A DNA stretch of 64,000 nucleotides, taken from assembly GCA_045605805.1 (NCBI GenBank), contig JAZUQR010000027.1, positions 96,001-160,000 on the forward strand, given 5' to 3'. Position numbers and translations under genes: made by a program. Positions within the stretch are counted from its first letter, which is position 1. Each line of letters opens with the position of its first letter. Below, in pieces: positions 30,923 through 40,749 of the stretch. Under the pieces are notes generated by a model. The model saw only the letters and a list, made by a program, of their open reading frames with translations. It was not told the origin of the DNA and ran no database searches. This DNA comes from Alphaproteobacteria bacterium (GTDB lineage Bacteria > Pseudomonadota > Alphaproteobacteria > CAAHEQ01 > UBA3637).

Positions 30923-31660
30923 ATGAAAAATAAAAAAGTACAAATCAGCTTATCCCATGTTGCCAAAAGTTTTGGCAAAAAACAGGTTTTGAAAAATGTC
31001 ACTTTGGATATTTATGAAGGCGAATCCGTTGTCATTATTGGTGGCTCTGGCACAGGCAAATCCGTCACCTTAAAATGTTTATTGGGTCTGATAACACCCG
31101 ACAAAGGCAAATGCAAAATGGCCTCACAAAAGGTGGGTATGCTGTTTCAAGGGGCCGCTTTATTTGACAGTTTAAGCGTTTGGGAAAATGTTGCATTCGT
31201 TATGTTGCAACAAAAAAATGCTGATAAAAAAGCCGCCAAAAAATTGGCCATCCAAAAGCTGGCACAGGTTGGGCTTACCCCCGAAGTGGCCGACTTTTAT
31301 CCCGCCGACGTGTCTGGTGGTATGAAAAAACGAGTGGGCTTAGCCCGAGCCATCGCAACAAATCCCGATATTATTTTCTTTGACGAACCCACCACAGGGC
31401 TGGATCCGATTATGTCCGATGTTATCAACGATTTAATTGTGGATTGCGTTAAAAAATTAGGGGCAACAGCCCTAACCATCACACACGATATGAACTCTGC
31501 CCGCAAAATTGCCGACAGAATCGCCATGCTTTATAACGGAAAAATTATTTGGGTTGGCACCGTTCAAGAGCTGGACAAAACAACCAATCCGTATGTGCGT
31601 CAATTTGTGGCCGGCTCGGCCAAAGGGCCCATTAAAATGGAAATTAAAGAGGGCTTATAA
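30923..31660 (+). CDS. mlaF: MlaF family ABC ATPase
   Basis: GGSGTGKS, SGGMKKRVGLARA, DEPTTGLDP. Confidence 0.93.
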   Translation: MKNKKVQISLSHVAKSFGKKQVLKNVTLDIYEGESVVIIGGSGTGKSVTLKCLLGLITPDKGKCKMASQKVGMLFQGAALFDSLSVWENVAFVMLQQKNADKKAAKKLAIQKLAQVGLTPEVADFYPADVSGGMKKRVGLARAIATNPDIIFFDEPTTGLDPIMSDVINDLIVDCVKKLGATALTITHDMNSARKIADRIAMLYNGKIIWVGTVQELDKTTNPYVRQFVAGSAKGPIKMEIKEGL

Positions 31661-33045
31661 TGGCAAAAAAAACATCCCGTTTTGTCTGTCAAAATTGTGG
31701 CACAATCCACACCCGTTGGGCGGGAAAATGTGATGCATGCGGCGAATGGAATACCATTCAGGAAGAAGCCCTTCCCCAATCCGACAGCCCAACCGCCACA
31801 GGCGGACAAAATGGCCGACAAATTCAGTTTTCTGATTTACGAGGTGCCCCCGAAATTGTATTCAGATTAAAAACAGGCATTGCCGAGTTGGATCGTGTCT
31901 GTGGAGGCGGCCTTGTCCCCGGCTCGGTGATTCTTGTGGGCGGTGACCCCGGCATCGGTAAATCCACCCTATTATTACAAGCAGTGGCCTCTCTTACAAA
32001 AGGGGTCAATAAACAAGGCTCACCCACAAAATGCACCTACATTTCAGGCGAAGAATCGGTAGATCAAGTACGCCTTCGGGCCATGCGATTGGGCTTGGCC
32101 GACAATCCTGTCAATTTGGCAAGCGAAACACATATCCGAGATATCATAGCCACTTTGGACACCCCTGATTCACCCGATATCGTGATTATAGATTCCATCC
32201 AAACGATGTATGCCGATACAGTGGAATCCGCCCCTGGAACAGTGGCCCAAGTGCGTGCCTGCGGTCATGAATTGATTCGGTTGGCCAAAAAGCGTGGTTT
32301 TGTTTTGTTCTTGGTGGGTCATGTCACAAAAGAAGGCACTTTGGCCGGCCCCCGTGTTTTGGAACATATGGTAGATACGGTTTTATATTTTGAAGGCGAC
32401 AGAGGTCATCATTTTAGGATATTGCGTTCTGTAAAAAACCGTTTTGGGGCCACCGATGAAATTGGGGTTTTTGAAATGACAGATAAAGGGCTAAGCGAAG
32501 TGGCCAACCCATCAGCCCTGTTTTTGGCCGATCGTCAAGGCCATGTGTCTGGCAGTTGCGTTTTTGCAGGGATAGAAGGCTCTCGGCCATTGTTGGTAGA
32601 AATCCAAGCATTGGTTGCACCGGCAAGTGGTACAACCCCTCGTCGTTCCGTTGTGGGTTGGGATACCAATCGGTTAAATATGCTTTTGGCCGTACTGGAA
32701 ACCCGCTGTGGCATTTCACTTGGGTCAAAAGACATTTTCTTAAACATTGCCGGAGGATTAAAACTAAACGAACCGGCTGTGGATTTGGCCGCCATTATGG
32801 CCATTCTATCCAATGCTTTTAATCATCCGTTGCCTTCGGATATGGTTTTTTTTGGTGAGGTTGGTTTATCGGGAGAAATCAGAAATGTCCCTCTGTGTGA
32901 TTTACGCTTAAAAGAAGCCCAAAAATTGGGTTTTTCAAAGGCATTGATTCCAAAAAATAAAAACAAAAAATCAGATTTCAAAGCCACCGAAATCGGCAAC
33001 TTAAAAACAGTTTTAGATTTTTTTGAAAAAAGGAGAAGTGAATGA
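31660..33045 (+). CDS. radA: DNA repair protein RadA/Sms
   Basis: C4 zinc finger, GGDPGIGKSTLLLQ, KNRFG, GEVGLSGE. Confidence 0.98.
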   Translation: MAKKTSRFVCQNCGTIHTRWAGKCDACGEWNTIQEEALPQSDSPTATGGQNGRQIQFSDLRGAPEIVFRLKTGIAELDRVCGGGLVPGSVILVGGDPGIGKSTLLLQAVASLTKGVNKQGSPTKCTYISGEESVDQVRLRAMRLGLADNPVNLASETHIRDIIATLDTPDSPDIVIIDSIQTMYADTVESAPGTVAQVRACGHELIRLAKKRGFVLFLVGHVTKEGTLAGPRVLEHMVDTVLYFEGDRGHHFRILRSVKNRFGATDEIGVFEMTDKGLSEVANPSALFLADRQGHVSGSCVFAGIEGSRPLLVEIQALVAPASGTTPRRSVVGWDTNRLNMLLAVLETRCGISLGSKDIFLNIAGGLKLNEPAVDLAAIMAILSNAFNHPLPSDMVFFGEVGLSGEIRNVPLCDLRLKEAQKLGFSKALIPKNKNKKSDFKATEIGNLKTVLDFFEKRRSE

Positions 33046-33701
33046 TTGGTATCATAGATTTAATCATTTTGGGCATTATCATTATTTCTGTGTTATTTGC
33101 ATTATACAGAGGGCTTGTGCGGGAATTATTGGGCATTTCATCATGGATATTGGCCGGTTTTACCGCCATATACAGTTATGACCCACTGTTAAAGTTTGGA
33201 GAAAATCGGTTTGATAATGTCAAATTGTCCGCTATGATTGGGTCGGTGGTCTTGGCTCTCATTGTGTTGGTCATAATGACCATCTTAAACGCTATCATAA
33301 CAAAAAAATTACGCAAAAGTTCTTTAAGCGGATTGGATCGTATTTTTGGATTCTTCTTTGGGATTGCTCGGGCTTTATTGATTGTGGTACTCATTTATCT
33401 TTTTGCAACCACCATGATGCTGTCTCCAAAATATGTTCAGGAACTACACACAAAAAATTACAGCATTCATTATATTCAGCTGATGGCCGAAAAATTGCAA
33501 AATCTGTTTCCTGAAAACATCAGAACGGATTTAAGCGAATATCAAACAGCCAAAGAAGAAAAGATTAAAAAAATTGAAGAAAACATCCAAAATAAAATTG
33601 AAAAACAAGCCCAAGAAACAATTGTGAATTATAACAAATCTGACCGAGATTCATTGGAAGATATGATTGAAAATATCGTAGAAATAGGAGACATAGAATG
33701 A
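33042..33701 (+). CDS. cvpA: CvpA family membrane protein
   Basis: RGLVRE, LDRIFGFFFGIARA; follows radA. Confidence 0.9.
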   Translation: MIGIIDLIILGIIIISVLFALYRGLVRELLGISSWILAGFTAIYSYDPLLKFGENRFDNVKLSAMIGSVVLALIVLVIMTILNAIITKKLRKSSLSGLDRIFGFFFGIARALLIVVLIYLFATTMMLSPKYVQELHTKNYSIHYIQLMAEKLQNLFPENIRTDLSEYQTAKEEKIKKIEENIQNKIEKQAQETIVNYNKSDRDSLEDMIENIVEIGDIE

Positions 33702-34108
33702 CCAAAATAAAACCAGAAGACTTGATAAAAAAAACACAGGATTTGTTAAAAAAAAGATATAATCCCAGCCATCATCATGCCGTTGTTGGGGCTTGTGTTT
33801 TATCAAAATCCGGCAAAATATACACAGCCTTAAATACCGGCACCTATCAACCATCCATCGCCACCTGTGCAGAAATTATCGCCATTGGCATGGGTCATAC
33901 AGCCGAAAAAGATTTTGAAATTGATACTATTGTGGCCATGCGTGACCAACCCGCTTATTGCATCAGCCCGTGCGGCAAATGCCGAGAATACATTGCCGAC
34001 TATGGTCCAAAAGCAAAAGTCATTATGCCGGCTGACAATAAAAAAGGCTGGACATTAGAAAAAATTGCCAATTTGATACCGGATAAATATACAAAAAAGG
34101 AAAAATAA
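33698..34108 (+). CDS. Cytidine deaminase family protein, Bsr (blasticidin S deaminase)-like
   Basis: CAEIIAIG, DTIVAMR, SPCGKCRE, LIPDKYT. Confidence 0.85.
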   Translation: MTKIKPEDLIKKTQDLLKKRYNPSHHHAVVGACVLSKSGKIYTALNTGTYQPSIATCAEIIAIGMGHTAEKDFEIDTIVAMRDQPAYCISPCGKCREYIADYGPKAKVIMPADNKKGWTLEKIANLIPDKYTKKEK

Positions 34109-34569
34109 TGCACATCATCATTTCAACCATCGGTAAATTAAAAAAGAATGCACCGGAATATGAATTGATAAACACATACCTAAAACGCACAAAATGGGAT
34201 GTGGAAATTAAAGAATATGAAGAAAAAAAAGCACTCAGTGGGCAAGCCTTAAAAAATGCCGAAGCCGAATTGCTGTTATCCGCTATTCCTCCAAAAGCCA
34301 AAGTAATTGCCTTGGATGAACATGGACAAACACTGTCCTCACGAGAATTATCCAACACAATCAAAACATGGCAAACAAATGGCACAGATACAATTGCCTT
34401 TTTAATTGGTGGCTCAGACGGACATGGCGAAAAAGTAAAAAAACAGGCCGATTTAACACTGTCCTTCGGGCGTATGACCTTGCCTCACTTTTTAATGCGA
34501 GTTGTTCTGGCGGAACAAATCTATCGCACAAAAACAATTCTGGACGGTCACCCCTATCACCGAGATTAA
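34108..34569 (+). CDS. rlmH: 23S rRNA pseudouridine-1915 methyltransferase
   Basis: LDEHG, FLIGGSDG, MTLPH, EQIYR, GHPYHR. Confidence 0.96.
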   Translation: MHIIISTIGKLKKNAPEYELINTYLKRTKWDVEIKEYEEKKALSGQALKNAEAELLLSAIPPKAKVIALDEHGQTLSSRELSNTIKTWQTNGTDTIAFLIGGSDGHGEKVKKQADLTLSFGRMTLPHFLMRVVLAEQIYRTKTILDGHPYHRD

Positions 34570-34586
34570 AAAATACAAAAATATGA

Positions 34587-34615
34587 TTGACAACGCCCAT
34601 TCCTTTTGATACAAT
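34587..34615 (+). promoter_or_regulatory. Sigma70 promoter of rpoH
   Basis: TTGACA-N17-TACAAT. Confidence 0.75.
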
Positions 34616-34702
34616 AAAGGGGCTTAGTTCAAAAGACGGGCTTGTTCTTGTCTAACCAGAGGGAACAAAAACTTTATATTGCTTCAAAGAAAGGATATAA
34701 AA

Positions 34703-35578
34703 ATGGCAAATACATACGCACTTTCATTATTGGCATCAAATGCCTCATTACCAAAATATCTGGCCGAAATCAATAAGTTTCCCATGTTGGATGCGGAAAA
34801 AGAATATATGTTGGCCAAACGCTATCAAGAAACGGGGGATGTTGCAGCCGCCCATGAATTGACAACTTCTCATTTAAGATTAGCGGCAAAAGTGGCTATT
34901 TCCTTTCGGCATTACGGTTTGTCCTTGTCTGATTTAATTTCCGAAGCAAATATCGGTTTAATGCAAGCCATTAAAAAGTTTGATCCAGATAAAGGCTTTC
35001 GTTTGGCCACCTATGCTATCTGGTGGATAAAAGCCGCTGTTTCTGAGTTTATTTTGAAATCATGGTCATTGGTTAAAATCGGCACAGTGGCCACACAAAA
35101 GCGTCTGTTTTATAACCTTCACAAAATCAAATCCCGCTTGGGTCTGTATGGCGATTCATCACTGGACGATTCCACCGCCACCCAAATTGCCACCCAATTA
35201 GGCGTGAACAAAAAAGATGTTTTGGAAATGGAACAGCGTTTGGCTGGCGATTCGTCTTTGAACGCTACCTTATCACACGATTCCACCACAAATTATCAAG
35301 ATATGCTAACCGATAATGAGATCTCTATTGAAGAAAAAATCGGTGAAACACAAGAAATGCTGTTGAAAAAACAATTGTTGAAAGAAGCATTGGAAACATT
35401 ATCTGAACGGGAAAAACAAATTGTCCAAAAACGCTTTTTATCAGACAATCCGGAAACATTGGAAAATCTGGGCCTGCAATTTAACATAAGCCGTGAACGT
35501 GTCCGCCAAATTGAAACAAAAGCCTATCAAAAAGTTGAAAAGGCCATTCGTTCGGCTGCCACCCGATTCGCCTTATAA
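34703..35578 (+). CDS. rpoH: RNA polymerase sigma-32 factor
   Basis: FDPDKGFRLATYAIWWIKA, RpoH box QKRLFYNL, ISRERVRQIE; AAGGA RBS before ATG at 34703. Confidence 0.95.
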   Translation: MANTYALSLLASNASLPKYLAEINKFPMLDAEKEYMLAKRYQETGDVAAAHELTTSHLRLAAKVAISFRHYGLSLSDLISEANIGLMQAIKKFDPDKGFRLATYAIWWIKAAVSEFILKSWSLVKIGTVATQKRLFYNLHKIKSRLGLYGDSSLDDSTATQIATQLGVNKKDVLEMEQRLAGDSSLNATLSHDSTTNYQDMLTDNEISIEEKIGETQEMLLKKQLLKEALETLSEREKQIVQKRFLSDNPETLENLGLQFNISRERVRQIETKAYQKVEKAIRSAATRFAL

Positions 35579-35621
35579 TTTTTTCTTTCATTTTTTGTGA
35601 AAATCGGCTATACTTCTACCC

Positions 35622-36410
35622 ATGACACAAGAAATTATTATTCATACCCAAGCAGATTTTAAGGGGTTGCGTTTGGCCGGCCGCTTAGCTGCACAAACAT
35701 TGGATTATATCACCCCCTTTGTCAAAGTGGGCGTTTCAACCGAGTATTTAGACAACCTGATGAACGAGTTTATCCAAAAAAACGGGGGCGTGTCGGCGTG
35801 TTTAGGATATCATGGCTATCCAAAAGCCACTTGTATTTCCCCCAATCATGTTGTGTGTCATGGCATTCCAAACCCGCAAAAACTTCTTCAAAATGGGGAT
35901 ATTATCAACATTGATGTGACGGTGATTTTGAACGGATATTATGGGGATACTTCACGCATGTATTATGTTGGCAATCCGTCAATCAAAGCCAAGCGATTAG
36001 TGATGAACGCCTATGACAGCATGATGGCCGGCATCAACGCCATCACCGTGGGTGGCACAACGGGCGATATTGGTTATGCCATTGAAAAAATGGCCCAAAG
36101 CGAAGGCTTTTCCGTTGTCCGAGATTATTGCGGACATGGCTGTGGCAAAGTGTTTCATGGGGCTCCCAACATTTTGAACTTTGGTAAAAAAGGAAGTGGC
36201 ACCCGTTTAGAAGTGGGTATGGTTTTCACTGTTGAACCTATGGTCAATATCGGCACATTTGAAACCGTTGTCTTAAAAGACGATTGGACAGTGGTCACAA
36301 AAGATAAACAACTGTCAGCGCAATTTGAACATATGTTGGGCATCACAGAGGATGGTTTTGAAATCTTTACCCGTTCGCCCAACGGATGGGATTTTCCACC
36401 CTATAAATAA
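35622..36410 (+). CDS. map: Methionine aminopeptidase
   Basis: CHGIP, DVTV, GDTSR, GHG, TVEPM, SAQFEH. Confidence 0.97.
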   Translation: MTQEIIIHTQADFKGLRLAGRLAAQTLDYITPFVKVGVSTEYLDNLMNEFIQKNGGVSACLGYHGYPKATCISPNHVVCHGIPNPQKLLQNGDIINIDVTVILNGYYGDTSRMYYVGNPSIKAKRLVMNAYDSMMAGINAITVGGTTGDIGYAIEKMAQSEGFSVVRDYCGHGCGKVFHGAPNILNFGKKGSGTRLEVGMVFTVEPMVNIGTFETVVLKDDWTVVTKDKQLSAQFEHMLGITEDGFEIFTRSPNGWDFPPYK

Positions 36411-36418
36411 AACCCAAC

Positions 36419-36453
36419 AAAAAAACACCCGAAAAATATCGGGTGTTTTTTTT
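36419..36453. terminator. Bidirectional intrinsic terminator between map and uvrA
   Basis: AAAAAAACACCCGA-aaaata-TCGGGTGTTTTTTT perfect hairpin with A and T tails. Confidence 0.9.
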
Positions 36454-39235
36454 ACTTCAATATCTTTTTCAAATACTGGCCTGTATAACTTTCTTTCACC
36501 AGAGCCACTTCTTCCGGCGTTCCCTTGGCAACCACCTGTCCGCCACCAGAGCCACCCTCAGGCCCCATATCAATGATATAATCGGCCGATTTAATCATAT
36601 CTAAGTTATGCTCAATCACCACAACCGTATTGCCAGCATCCACCAACGCCTGCAACACTTCCAACAATTTTTGAATATCCGCAAAATGAAGGCCTGTTGT
36701 CGGCTCATCCAAAATATACAAAGTTTTACCTGTGGATTTGCGGGATAGTTCTTTGGCTAATTTAATCCGTTGCGCCTCGCCACCTGACAAAGTGACAGCC
36801 GATTGCCCCAAGGTGATATAGCCCAAACCAACCTTGCGTAATAAATCACATTTATCCCGAATGGAAGGGACATGGTTAAAAAACTCAAAAGCCTCATCCA
36901 CCGTCATATCCAACACATCCGCAATGGATTTTTCTTTATATTTAATTTCCAAAGTTTCCCGATTATAGCGCTTGCCATGACACACATCACACTCCACATA
37001 AACATCTGGCAAAAAGTTCATGGAGATTTGCTTGACACCATCACCTTCGCATGCCTCACATCTCCCCCCAGACACATTAAAAGAAAACCGCCCTGCTTTA
37101 TATCCTCTGGCCTTGGCTTCTGGCAAAGCACAAAACCAATCCCGAATAGGCGAAAACATTCCTGTATAAGTGGCAGGATTAGACCGAGGTGTCCGCCCAA
37201 TAGGGCTTTGATCAATATCAATGATTTTATCAATAGTAGCGGTTCCCCGAATAGCTTTACACGCCCCCGCCAATTGACGCGTTTTACCAATAATATTACT
37301 CAATCCCTTATACAAAGTTTCAATAATTAAACTGGATTTACCCCCACCGGAAACACCTGTCACACAGGTAAAAGTTCCCAAAGGAATAGAAACAGTGACA
37401 TTTTGAAGATTATGACATGTCGCCCCTTCAATGGTTAAAGTTTTGCCATTTCCTTTGCGCCGCACCTGAGGCACTTGAATCTGGCGCATACCGCTTAGGT
37501 ATTGCCCCGTCACAGAAGCAGGATTTTCTTTAATCTGTTGGGGCGTTCCTTCGGCTACCAAATATCCCCCATGTCGGCCAGCTTCCGGACCAATATCAAA
37601 AATATAATCAGCCACTTCCATGGTTTCTTCGTCATGTTCCACCACAATCACCGAGTTGCCTAAATCACGCAAACGAAACAAAGTCTCCAACAATTTATGA
37701 TTATCTCGTTGATGCAGGCCAATAGACGGTTCATCCAACACATACAGCACCCCTGTTAAACCAGAACCAATTTGGCTGGCTAAACGAATGCGTTGGGCCT
37801 CGCCACCTGACAAAGTACCGCTGATACGATTCAAAGGCAAATAACCCAATCCAACATTATTCAAAAAGCGCAACCGTTCCGTAATTTCTTTCAAAATGCG
37901 TTCTGCAATCTCTTTTTTTTCTTTATCCAACTCTGTGGGAATCTTTTGAAACCATTCAAACGAATCACTAATAGACATTTCTGTCACCTCGGCAATATTC
38001 TTACCCCCAATTTTCACAGCCAACGCCTCTGGTTTCAAACGAGAACCGCCACACGCCTCGCAAGGGGTGTTCAACATATATTTGCTCATTTCTTCCCGAG
38101 TCCAATCAGAATCCGTTTCCAAATAGCGTCTTTCCATATTCGGAATCACGCCTTCAAAGTTCACACCTTTTGCATGATATCCATATAAAACCGCCTCACG
38201 CACTTCCGCACTCAATTGATTCCATGGTGTGTTCATATCCAACTTTAAGGCATGAATCAACGGGCGCAAAGCATAATCATACCATTGATACATATCCCCA
38301 GACGAACTTGTCCATGGCGCAATCGCCCCTTGTTTAATGGATAAAGTCGGCTGTTGAATAATTAAACTTTTATCAACACCCTGCTTTGTACCTAAACCGG
38401 AACACACCGGACATGCCCCTTCTGGATTATTAAAAGAAAACAGTCTTGGCTCTAATTCAGCAATGGTAAAACCCGAAACTGGGCAGGCAAACTTACTGGA
38501 ATAAACTTTGGATTCGTTTGTGGATAAGTTTTCCACTTCCAACAACCCATCTGCCAAAGAAAGCGCCTTTTCCACCGAGGCCGCAATACGCCCGATAATT
38601 TCCTTTTTCACAACAATCCGATCAATCACCACAGAAAGATCGTGTTTTTTGTTTTTATCCAAAGTGGGTACTTCTTCAATTTCACAAAAAACCCCATCCA
38701 CTTTCAAGCGAGTAAAACCTGCCTTTTGCCATGCGGCAATTTCTTTTTTATATTCACCTTTTCTGCCCCGCACAACGGGGGCCATTAAAATCAACTTTGT
38801 TCCCTCTGGTTCAGTTAAAATACCATCCGTCATCTGGCTAACCGTCAAGGCTTGAATCGGCAACCCCGTCACAGGGGAATAAGGTGTACCGGCTCTGGCC
38901 CACAGCAAGCGCATATAATCATAAATCTCCGTCACAGTCCCAACCGTAGAGCGAGGATTGTGACTTGTTGTCTTTTGTTCAATGGAAATGGCCGGAGAAA
39001 GCCCTTCAATCAAATCCACATCTGGCTTACCCATCACATCCAAAAACTGGCGAGCATAAGCGGATAAACTTTCCACATATCTACGCTGTCCTTCGGCATA
39101 AATAGTATCAAAAGCCAAACTGGATTTGCCCGAACCGGACACACCCGTAATCACTACAAGCTGATTTTTGGGAATATCCAAATTGATGTTTTTCAAATTA
39201 TGTTGTCTTGCACCACGAATTTTAATTGAATCCAT
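36452..39235 (-). CDS. uvrA: Excinuclease ABC subunit A
   Basis: [23 protein letters not shown], two LSGGEAQR signatures, zinc fingers. Confidence 0.98.
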   Translation of the reverse strand: MDSIKIRGARQHNLKNINLDIPKNQLVVITGVSGSGKSSLAFDTIYAEGQRRYVESLSAYARQFLDVMGKPDVDLIEGLSPAISIEQKTTSHNPRSTVGTVTEIYDYMRLLWARAGTPYSPVTGLPIQALTVSQMTDGILTEPEGTKLILMAPVVRGRKGEYKKEIAAWQKAGFTRLKVDGVFCEIEEVPTLDKNKKHDLSVVIDRIVVKKEIIGRIAASVEKALSLADGLLEVENLSTNESKVYSSKFACPVSGFTIAELEPRLFSFNNPEGACPVCSGLGTKQGVDKSLIIQQPTLSIKQGAIAPWTSSSGDMYQWYDYALRPLIHALKLDMNTPWNQLSAEVREAVLYGYHAKGVNFEGVIPNMERRYLETDSDWTREEMSKYMLNTPCEACGGSRLKPEALAVKIGGKNIAEVTEMSISDSFEWFQKIPTELDKEKKEIAERILKEITERLRFLNNVGLGYLPLNRISGTLSGGEAQRIRLASQIGSGLTGVLYVLDEPSIGLHQRDNHKLLETLFRLRDLGNSVIVVEHDEETMEVADYIFDIGPEAGRHGGYLVAEGTPQQIKENPASVTGQYLSGMRQIQVPQVRRKGNGKTLTIEGATCHNLQNVTVSIPLGTFTCVTGVSGGGKSSLIIETLYKGLSNIIGKTRQLAGACKAIRGTATIDKIIDIDQSPIGRTPRSNPATYTGMFSPIRDWFCALPEAKARGYKAGRFSFNVSGGRCEACEGDGVKQISMNFLPDVYVECDVCHGKRYNRETLEIKYKEKSIADVLDMTVDEAFEFFNHVPSIRDKCDLLRKVGLGYITLGQSAVTLSGGEAQRIKLAKELSRKSTGKTLYILDEPTTGLHFADIQKLLEVLQALVDAGNTVVVIEHNLDMIKSADYIIDMGPEGGSGGGQVVAKGTPEEVALVKESYTGQYLKKILK

Positions 39236-39330
39236 CTGCCTCTCCTTTTTTATGGGGAAGTATTATATCACTTTTTCCCTTAAAAATCAAATAGATTTTA
39301 GAATAGGTATGTATGCCACAGACCAGCCCA

Positions 39331-39352
39331 CTCCATCGGGCGTTCTCATCCC
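39331..39352 (+). repeat. Inverted degenerate copy of the tRNA-Ser(CGA) variable/T-arm
   Basis: CTCCATCGGGCGTTCTCATCCC vs tRNA sense CTCTATCGGGGGTTCGAATCCC (18/22; partner at 39392-39413). Confidence 0.7.
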
Positions 39353-39378
39353 AAAATAAAAAATATAATAGTTAAAAC

Positions 39379-39469
39379 TGGCGGAAGGGGGGGGATTCGA
39401 ACCCCCGATAGAGAAAAACCCTATAACAGATTTCGAGTCTGCCGCATTCGACCACTCTGCCACCCTTCC
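39379..39469 (-). tRNA. tRNA-Ser(CGA)
   Basis: GGAAGGGTGGCAGAGTGG...GCAGA-CT-CGA-AA-TCTGT...GGTTCGAATCCC...CTTCCGCCA. Confidence 0.97.
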
Positions 39470-39502
39470 ATATAAACACCATTTCTGCCCCATGCTGTCG
39501 CA

Positions 39503-39584
39503 TATAACAGATTTGTCCGCTTCGCGTTCTCTCCCTTCGGTCGGTAGCGAGTCTGCCGCTTCTCACGCACTCTGCCACCCTTCC
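39503..39584 (-). pseudogene. Degenerate direct copy of the tRNA-Ser(CGA) 5' half with a 33-nt insertion in the anticodon loop
   Basis: GGAAGGGTGGCAGAGTG..GCGGCAGACTCG[33 nt]AAATCTGTTATA; D-loop altered; no T-arm or 3' acceptor strand. Confidence 0.8.
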
Positions 39585-39626
39585 TTTGGGAAACACAGGC
39601 GAGTTTAGCACATTCCCCACAAAAAA

Positions 39627-40211
39627 TCAAGGATTTTGTGTTTTCAAAAAGGCCACCAATTTTTCCAACGCCCTTGCCCGATGAGAGATTTTATTTTTAA
39701 CCTCAGACGAAAGGCCGCCAAACGGTTTGTCAGAACCCTCAGGCACAAAAATCGGATCATACCCAAAATCTTCCACCGAAGCATCTGGCGTATGGGTTAA
39801 ATGGCCAAACACCTGTCCTTCAAAGAACATCGGCTCGTGGTGAGGCATCACCAAACATAAACAGCATTCAAAATGAGCCGAAGTATCATCCCCCAAGCGT
39901 CCCAAAAGCACATCAAAAACCTTTGGAAATCCCCCATTTGCCTTGGCATATCTGGCCGAAAAAAGCCCTGGTTCATTGTGAAGAGCATGCACACACAGCC
40001 CCGAATCATCCGCCAAAGTCATCATATGGGCAAACTGGGCCGCAGCCAACGCCTTTTGGGCACTGTTTTGACGAAAAGTTGTTCCTGTCTCTGGCACATC
40101 CGGCAAAGCCACATCATCTGCACCTAACACATGATAGCCCAAGGGTTCCAGCAATGTCCGAAACTCGTTTAATTTATTTTGATTATGTGTCGCAATTAAA
40201 ATATCAATCAT
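39627..40211 (-). CDS. rdgB: Non-canonical purine NTP pyrophosphatase
   Basis: IATHNQNK, ADDSGL, PGLFSARY, FGYDPIF, KNKISHR; start set at MIDIL. Confidence 0.96.
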   Translation of the reverse strand: MIDILIATHNQNKLNEFRTLLEPLGYHVLGADDVALPDVPETGTTFRQNSAQKALAAAQFAHMMTLADDSGLCVHALHNEPGLFSARYAKANGGFPKVFDVLLGRLGDDTSAHFECCLCLVMPHHEPMFFEGQVFGHLTHTPDASVEDFGYDPIFVPEGSDKPFGGLSSEVKNKISHRARALEKLVAFLKTQNP

Positions 40212-40309
40212 AACCTCATGATAACAAAAAGCCCTCAAAAACACAAGATTTTTCTTGACAGAAATCACAAATAGTGTCTATGATACAAAAAAAAGCAAAA
40301 GGAGACAAA

Positions 40310-40729
40310 ATGATACAACGCACATTTTCAATTATAAAACCTAACGCCACCGCCCGCCATTTGGAAAATGAAATCAACGAAAAAATCCAACAGGCAGGCT
40401 TAAAAATTATCGCATCCAAGCGCATTGAACACCCCACAAAAGAACAGTTTGAACAATTCTATGCCGAACACAAAGGCAAACCGTTTTATGAAGGCTTGTT
40501 GGATTTTATGACCTCTGGCCCCATCGTGGTTCAGGTATTGGAAGCCGAAGAGGCCATCCAACGCTATCGCACTTTAATGGGAAATAAAGATCCGGCCGAA
40601 GCAGACGAAGGCACATTACGCAAACTGTATGCCGAAAGCAAAACAAAAAATTCGGTTCATGGGTCTGACTCACCCGAAAGTGCTGCCCGAGAAATTGCCT
40701 TGTGGTTCACCGAAGACGAATTAAAATAA
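40310..40729 (+). CDS. ndk: Nucleoside diphosphate kinase
   Basis: [30 protein letters not shown]; GGAG RBS; TTGACA-N18-TATGAT upstream. Confidence 0.97.
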   Translation: MIQRTFSIIKPNATARHLENEINEKIQQAGLKIIASKRIEHPTKEQFEQFYAEHKGKPFYEGLLDFMTSGPIVVQVLEAEEAIQRYRTLMGNKDPAEADEGTLRKLYAESKTKNSVHGSDSPESAAREIALWFTEDELK

Positions 40730-40749
40730 CCGTTCAGCGAGGGGCAACA

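Noticed and set aside
30125-31660. mlaEF without mlaD as an anomaly
   Set aside because: mlaE-mlaF-radA with mlaD elsewhere is a normal alphaproteobacterial arrangement.
39515-39547. The insert as a genuine tRNA intron
   Set aside because: Too short for a group I intron, and the host copy lacks the T-arm and 3' acceptor strand, so splicing could not give a tRNA.
39287-39630. Short ORFs over the tRNA-Ser(CGA) locus
   Set aside because: They overlap the tRNA and its copies and have no protein features.
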